Source of the DNA: Candidatus Nanopusillus sp.
GTDB lineage: Archaea > Nanobdellota > Nanobdellia > Nanobdellales > Nanobdellaceae
Assembly: GCA_046533775.1 (NCBI GenBank)
Contig: JAWDOO010000003.1
Coordinates: 1 to 32,000 of the forward strand
DNA: 32,000 nucleotides
Direction of reading: 5' to 3'
Shown: piece after piece, positions 24,592 through 29,743 of the stretch
Numbering within the stretch: the first letter of the stretch is position 1
Layout of the letters: each line of letters begins with the position of its first letter
Program-made: the position numbers and the translations under genes
Notes under the pieces: model-generated
The model's database searches: none
What the model was told of the DNA's origin: nothing
The model's input: only the letters and a program-made list of their open reading frames with translations

Positions 24592-25368
24592 ATGTATAAG
24601 AGAAAAGATCCTCCGAAGGTGAATGATTATGTTATATGTACTGTAAATAATATATCGGATGTAGATGTAAAAGTTAGCTTAGACGAATATGAGAATTTTA
24701 ATGGAATAATTCCTATAGATGAATTATCAAATAGAAGAATTGCAAATCCGAGGATTTTAGTTAGAGAAGGTAAAAAGATTGTATGTTTGGTACTTGATGT
24801 AGATGAGCAAAATAGACTAGTTACTTTATCTTTAAAGAGAGTTGATAAAAATAAACAAAAAGCAAAGATTTTTGAATATAAAAGGGAGATGGTGGCTTAT
24901 AATATATTGAAAATAATGAGTGAAAAGGAAAATATAGATATGAGTAAATTAGAAAAAGATATAATATTTAAAATTGTTCCAGAAAATAAACTTTATAGTG
25001 TATTTTTAGAAACTTATATAAATGGAAAAAGCGTTCTAGATAAATATAAAATAAGTAAAAAATATTCTGATTTACTATATAAATATATAATTGATTATTT
25101 AAACCCACCAAAATATGAGTTTACATATATAATGCAAGCATATTGTTTAGATGGAGATGGAATATATAAAATAAAGGAATTTCTTAAAAAAATAAAGGAT
25201 CTAAATATAATGATTAAATATTTGGGATCACCTACTTATATGTTAAAATATGTTACTACGAGTCCATCTGATCTACAAAAAAAGGAAAAAGAAATGTTAG
25301 AATTAATAAATAAAGAAGCTAAAAATTATAATATAGTTTATGAAATAAATAAATATGAAAGAGATTAG
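24592..25368 (+). CDS. eif2a: Translation initiation factor 2 alpha subunit (aIF2-alpha)
   Basis: 258 aa. The N-terminal S1 domain is 'PKVNDYVICTVNNISDVDVKVSLDEYENFNGIIPIDELSNRRI...REGKKIVCLVLDVDEQNRLVTLSLKRV'. It is followed by a helical domain and an alpha/beta domain of the expected length. Confidence 0.92.
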   Translation: MYKRKDPPKVNDYVICTVNNISDVDVKVSLDEYENFNGIIPIDELSNRRIANPRILVREGKKIVCLVLDVDEQNRLVTLSLKRVDKNKQKAKIFEYKREMVAYNILKIMSEKENIDMSKLEKDIIFKIVPENKLYSVFLETYINGKSVLDKYKISKKYSDLLYKYIIDYLNPPKYEFTYIMQAYCLDGDGIYKIKEFLKKIKDLNIMIKYLGSPTYMLKYVTTSPSDLQKKEKEMLELINKEAKNYNIVYEINKYERD

Positions 25369-25531
25369 AAAATGTAAAAATTGTAAAATATATACATTTA
25401 AAGAAATCTGTCCAATTTGTGGTAATAAAACATCCAGAATAATACCTCCCAAATTTTCTCCAGATGATAAGTGGGGTGATTATAGAAGAAAAATGAAAAA
25501 AGAAACTTTATATAAAAATAATATATTATAA
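25355..25531 (+). CDS. nop10: H/ACA ribonucleoprotein subunit Nop10 (not in the ORF track; 58 aa)
   Basis: My own translation is MKEIRKCKNCKIYTFKEICPICGNKTSRIIPPKFSPDDKWGDYRRKMKKETLYKNNIL*. It shows the Nop10 zinc ribbon 'C..C..YT....CP.CG..T' and 'P.(K/R)FSP.D.(Y/W)..YRR'. It overlaps the aIF2-alpha 3' end by 14 nt in another frame. The gene order is the conserved archaeal aIF2alpha-nop10. Confidence 0.88.
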   Translation: MKEIRKCKNCKIYTFKEICPICGNKTSRIIPPKFSPDDKWGDYRRKMKKETLYKNNIL

Positions 25532-25537
25532 TATATT

Positions 25538-26335
25538 ATGGAATTCATAATTGATAAAGAAAAAATAAAAAGTATGAATAACATAGTCTTTCTTTATTCA
25601 ATAGGTGGGGGATATGGAAATTTGTCAAAAATAGTTGGAAAAAAGTTAATAGAAACTTATAGAGGAAAACTTGTTGGGAGAATAATTACAGATTTCTTTC
25701 CTGATATAGTTAAAATAAATAAAAATGGATATATATCTGATAATATAAGTTATAAATTATATTATGTTCCAATTGGTAACTATAATTTTCTAGTATTATA
25801 TGGAGATTTTCAGATAATGATTCTAGAAGATCCAGGATTATCTTTATACTTTAGATATAAATTCATGAATAAACTATTTAGAATAATAAGTAAATTTAAT
25901 TTATTAGAATTAAGTATAATTGGTGGGATAGGTTCGCATCAATTAGAACCGGAAAATCCTAATTATTTATTTGCGTTAAATAAATATTATGATATAAATA
26001 AGATAAAGGAAAAATTGGGAGAACTAAATTTATATAAATCAAATACTGTTATTGGAATGAGTGGTTTGTTTTTATATTATTCTCAACTATTCAAAAAACC
26101 GGCTTATTTATTGTTAGTTGAAACATATTTATCAAATCAAATTAATGGATATTTTGGTGCTTCAAAGGCATTAGAAATTTTGAGCAAGTTATATGATTTC
26201 CAAGTTGATACAAATGATTTAAAAGAAAAGGGCAAGAAATTAAAAGAGAAAATAGAAAAAGATTTGAATATGATTAAGAAATTAGAGGAAGAAAAAATAA
26301 AGAAGGAAAAAAGTTCTGGATATTATTATGGATAA
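25538..26335 (+). CDS. PAC2-family (PbaA/PbaB-like) proteasome assembly chaperone
   Basis: 265 aa. It occupies the position immediately after nop10, which this family holds in archaeal operons. The core has a PAC2-like layout ('VFLYSIGGGYGNLSKIVGKKLIE', 'LSIIGGIGS', 'VIGMSGLFLYYSQ...AYLLLVET'). A K/E-rich helix leads to the extreme C-terminus 'GYYYG', which fits an HbYX (hydrophobic-Tyr-X) proteasome-docking motif. Confidence 0.72.
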   Translation: MEFIIDKEKIKSMNNIVFLYSIGGGYGNLSKIVGKKLIETYRGKLVGRIITDFFPDIVKINKNGYISDNISYKLYYVPIGNYNFLVLYGDFQIMILEDPGLSLYFRYKFMNKLFRIISKFNLLELSIIGGIGSHQLEPENPNYLFALNKYYDINKIKEKLGELNLYKSNTVIGMSGLFLYYSQLFKKPAYLLLVETYLSNQINGYFGASKALEILSKLYDFQVDTNDLKEKGKKLKEKIEKDLNMIKKLEEEKIKKEKSSGYYYG

Positions 26336-26339
26336 AATT

Positions 26340-26810
26340 TTATTTTATTTTTAAATTTGTTAATGACTTATTATCCGGTCCTTTAGAATCCTTTTTAACT
26401 TGAGCAAGATATATATTCAATAATGCAGATACTTTCATATTTATAGCTTGGGGTATTTGATTTAATAATAAATTAACTTTCTCTTTGTTATATTTTATTT
26501 CATTATCTTTTGTTATAATTTTCATTTCTTTTATATCTTCTATATCGATTCTTGATGGTGTATAAAACAGTATAAAATCTATTAATGAATCAAAGTCTTT
26601 GAAATCTGCATATATTTCTAAATAAGAAGACCAGCCACTTAAAGTTTTTCCATCAGGAGTTTTTATATCTTTTGTTATAGGATCAGCAATTTTTTTGTCT
26701 ATTATTTGGAAATTCTTGAATTTTGATACTGTTTCAAATGTTTTATTTAAAAATTCTGTTAATTTATCTTTATCATTAGAAAATGCTTCAAAATATAGCT
26801 TTGACTTCAT
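26340..26810 (-). CDS. Hypothetical protein (156 aa) translationally coupled to rpl44e
   Basis: The start overlaps the L44e stop (ATGA). It has no Cys, so it is not the S27e zinc-ribbon protein that usually follows L44e. No motif was recognised. Confidence 0.5.
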   Translation of the reverse strand: MKSKLYFEAFSNDKDKLTEFLNKTFETVSKFKNFQIIDKKIADPITKDIKTPDGKTLSGWSSYLEIYADFKDFDSLIDFILFYTPSRIDIEDIKEMKIITKDNEIKYNKEKVNLLLNQIPQAINMKVSALLNIYLAQVKKDSKGPDNKSLTNLKIK

Positions 26811-27121
26811 TTTATAGCAGTTGATAATTCTACTTTTTTGTATCTACCTTTTATTTCCCATATAGTTTGTTTTTTACATATATTACATTCTAATCTTATA
26901 TCAACACCTTTAGATGATTTTATAATACCTCTTTTTCTTTGTGATAGAGGTCTCTTACTATATTTTCCTTTATTTCCTCTGCCTTTTTTTCCTTCTCTAG
27001 CTCTTCTAGAACCCCAAACTAAACCGGTCCTAGCCTTTACATTTTTTACAATGATTACTTTATGTTCAGTAACTTTTCTACAATATGGACAATATTTATT
27101 AACAGTCTTTGGCAATTTCAT
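26807..27121 (-). CDS. rpl44e: 50S ribosomal protein L44e (eL42)
   Basis: 104 aa. 'MKLPKTVNKYCPYCRKVTEHKV' plus 'RLECNICKK' form the C4 zinc ribbon. The basic central region 'GSRRAREGKKGRGNKGKYSKRP' is typical of L44e. Confidence 0.9.
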   Translation of the reverse strand: MKLPKTVNKYCPYCRKVTEHKVIIVKNVKARTGLVWGSRRAREGKKGRGNKGKYSKRPLSQRKRGIIKSSKGVDIRLECNICKKQTIWEIKGRYKKVELSTAIK

Positions 27122-27153
27122 TAAAGATAATTATATTAAATAATTTTATAAGT

Positions 27154-27753
27154 TTAATTAAATACTTTTCCTATTCCAGTATTTTCTAATTTTTCAGCAA
27201 AGTTATTATTTAATATTATTATATCTCCAATCTTAAAAGGTCCATATATTTTTCCATTTGGGCCAACAATCTTTGGTAATTGATTTTTAATAATAACAAT
27301 CTTCTTATCTATTTTGTTTTGGTATGATGAAATATTCATATTTATATCTGAAAAGAATTTATTAATATCGATTTCTTCTCCATTAATAATCTTGTTTTGT
27401 ATATTTTCTTTATATGATTTTAATATCTTCTTTATAAGAGAATATAGTAGCTTTTCTTCTTCCTCTAAAAAATCTTCTGATATTATATTTAAATCTTCTT
27501 TAACTTCTAAGACTGTATTATTTATTATTTTGCTAATTCTTATATTAATTAATTCTGATAATGATTCTTTTATTCTATCTATCGTTGCAATAACTTCTCT
27601 GTATTCTTTACTATCAGATTTATATGCTTCTAATTGTTTTTTATATTTTTTTAATAATTCTGATACTTTAACATAGAAATCTTTTTGTAAATTTTGTAAT
27701 GTTTTTTTCTCTTTTTCTTTTTGCAAGTAAGTAATTATGTCTGATATATCCAT
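27154..27753 (-). CDS. GINS complex subunit (Gins51/Gins15 type)
   Basis: 199 aa. The N-terminal A-domain pattern is 'LQKEKEKKTLQNLQKDFYVKVSELLKKY...SELINIRISKII' (L..E....L..L..dFY..v......R..KI). The C-terminal B-domain-like segment is 'IVGPNGKIYGPFKIGDIIILNNNFAEKLENTGIGKV'. Confidence 0.68.
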   Translation of the reverse strand: MDISDIITYLQKEKEKKTLQNLQKDFYVKVSELLKKYKKQLEAYKSDSKEYREVIATIDRIKESLSELINIRISKIINNTVLEVKEDLNIISEDFLEEEEKLLYSLIKKILKSYKENIQNKIINGEEIDINKFFSDINMNISSYQNKIDKKIVIIKNQLPKIVGPNGKIYGPFKIGDIIILNNNFAEKLENTGIGKVFN

Positions 27754-27794
27754 AATAGAATATTTTTAAATTAATTTTTAAAATAAAAGAAAAT

Positions 27795-29567
27795 ATGGAT
27801 TACATTCCTTTATATATAAAAAATTTATGTTTTAATTGTAACAACATAATTTCCTCTTACAGACTCTCACATGGTCTTCCCTGTGAAAATGATTTAGATG
27901 ATAATGAAATATTGGAATTATTAAATATAAAGGATGAAAACACTTTTAGAGAACTTTTATATAAAAAATTATCTGAAAAAGGGAAATTAAAAGATTATAC
28001 AAATATTTATAATTTATATAAAGAAGTTAATAAATTTTCTGAATTTTTTAAAAAGGTATTAGGTTCTAATCCATGGAAAGTACAAATAATGTGGTTTGAG
28101 AGATTATATAAAAATAATAGTTTTTCTATGATAGCACCAACAGGTGTTGGAAAATCAACATTTATTATAATTTCATCTATTTACTTTTCTAGTGAATACA
28201 ATAAAAAGATATTAATAATATTACCTACGAGATTACTTGTAAAACAATTTAATGATTTATTTGATAAATTTATAAGTAGTTTAAATCTAAATATAAAGTT
28301 TATAGCATATTATGGTAATAATAAAAAAGAAATTAAGGAAAAAATAAAGAATGAAGAATTTAATATATTAATTATTTCAAATCAATTTTTAACTAAAAAT
28401 TTTGATATATTAAAAGGTAAAAAATTTGATATTGCTTTTGTAGATGATGTAGATTCTTTTTTTAAAGGATCAAAAAATATTGAAAAATTGTTTATTTTAG
28501 TTGGTTATAGTGAAGATGACATAAATGTTGCTAAAAAAGTAATAGATCTAAAATTGAGTGGTAAATTAGATTTTAATAGCGATTTATATAAAAAATTTTT
28601 AGAGATTAAAAATAAAAATCATGGATTAATTGTTCTATCTTCAGCTACTGGTAGTTTAAGAGGAAAAAGAGTCAGATTATATAAAGAATTGGCTAACTTT
28701 ACTATTGGAACTGGAAGTTCAAAAATTAGAAATGTTATAGATGTATATTATATTCCTAAGAAAGATATAAAAGAAGAATTATTGAATTTATTAAAAGAGT
28801 TAGAAGATGGTGGATTAATATTTGTTCCGAAGGAAAAGGGAATAGAATATATGAAAGAAATTTACAATTATCTAATATTAAATAATGTAAAAGTTGGTTT
28901 AATATATTCAAAAACAAAAACAAGAGAAATTGAAAGTATATTAAATGATTTTTATGAAGGAAAAATAAATTTCTTAATTAGTATTGTAGATCCATATGGA
29001 ATATTAACTAGAGGAATTAATATGCCAGAAAGAATAAAATATGCAATATTTTTAGGTATACCAAAGATAAAGATAAATATTAAAGATCTTGAGAAAAATA
29101 TAACTAATATAATTATTCTATCTAATCTAATTTTACCGTATATATCTGAGATAGAAAAAGATAGAATAACAAAAATTCTTACAAGATTAAGAAAAAATAT
29201 GAAAAAACTATCTTCTGGAGATCTAAAATTAATTTCTGATTTTTTAAATGGAAATAAGGTAGAATTGGTTGGATATTTAAGAACCTTTGCTAATGATATA
29301 TTAACATTATATAATATTTTGAAAATTTATATTGATAGGACAGAAATATTGGATAAATTAAAAGAAAATCCAGATGTTTCTATAGAAATAGATGAAAATA
29401 AAAATATATATCTAAATATTGTAGATCTTAAAACATATTTACAAGCTTCTGGAAGAACTTCTAGATTATATTCTGGAGGAATATCAAAAGGATTATCTAT
29501 AGTTTTTGTAGATGATCAAAAATTATTAAAATCACTTGATATGAAATTAAGATATTATTTACTTTAA
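27795..29567 (+). CDS. rgy: Reverse gyrase, helicase-domain half only (split gene; topoisomerase half not in window)
   Basis: 590 aa. The N-terminal zinc-finger-like segment is 'CFNC..x14..CEND'. SF2 motif I is 'MIAPTGVGKST', motif II 'AFVDDVDSF', motif III 'LSSATGS' and motif VI 'YLQASGRTSRLYSGGISKGLSIVFVDD'. It ends '...LKSLDMKLRYYLL*' at the inter-domain linker. Confidence 0.9.
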   Translation: MDYIPLYIKNLCFNCNNIISSYRLSHGLPCENDLDDNEILELLNIKDENTFRELLYKKLSEKGKLKDYTNIYNLYKEVNKFSEFFKKVLGSNPWKVQIMWFERLYKNNSFSMIAPTGVGKSTFIIISSIYFSSEYNKKILIILPTRLLVKQFNDLFDKFISSLNLNIKFIAYYGNNKKEIKEKIKNEEFNILIISNQFLTKNFDILKGKKFDIAFVDDVDSFFKGSKNIEKLFILVGYSEDDINVAKKVIDLKLSGKLDFNSDLYKKFLEIKNKNHGLIVLSSATGSLRGKRVRLYKELANFTIGTGSSKIRNVIDVYYIPKKDIKEELLNLLKELEDGGLIFVPKEKGIEYMKEIYNYLILNNVKVGLIYSKTKTREIESILNDFYEGKINFLISIVDPYGILTRGINMPERIKYAIFLGIPKIKINIKDLEKNITNIIILSNLILPYISEIEKDRITKILTRLRKNMKKLSSGDLKLISDFLNGNKVELVGYLRTFANDILTLYNILKIYIDRTEILDKLKENPDVSIEIDENKNIYLNIVDLKTYLQASGRTSRLYSGGISKGLSIVFVDDQKLLKSLDMKLRYYLL

Positions 29568-29568
29568 T

Positions 29569-29714
29569 TTAACATTTATTTAACATATTTTGTTAACACT
29601 TTAATACCATTTAACTAGCTTATATCTATTATTTAATATTCAATTAACAAAATATTTTAATGTTTTAACATGGTTTAATATAACTTTAACAAAATGTTAA
29701 CATTTTCTTAAACA
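29569..29714. repeat. Dense, partly phased array of TTAACA motifs, including two TGTTAACA palindromes, in the rgy-tmcA spacer
   Basis: TTAACA starts on the + strand at 29569, 29580, 29593, 29644, 29665, 29686 and 29697. Variants are TTAACT at 29611 and TTAAACA at 29708. TGTTAACA occurs at 29591..29598 and 29695..29702. Confidence 0.7.
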
Positions 29715-29743
29715 GTTATAAGTAATTGGTTGATAATTTATAT

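Noticed and set aside
29569-29714. The TTAACA-rich spacer as a CRISPR array or as a remnant of the reverse gyrase topoisomerase domain
   Set aside because: The repeat unit is only 6-8 nt with irregular short gaps, not 24-40 nt repeats with unique spacers. No frame gives topo IA-like peptides, and all frames are stop-rich.
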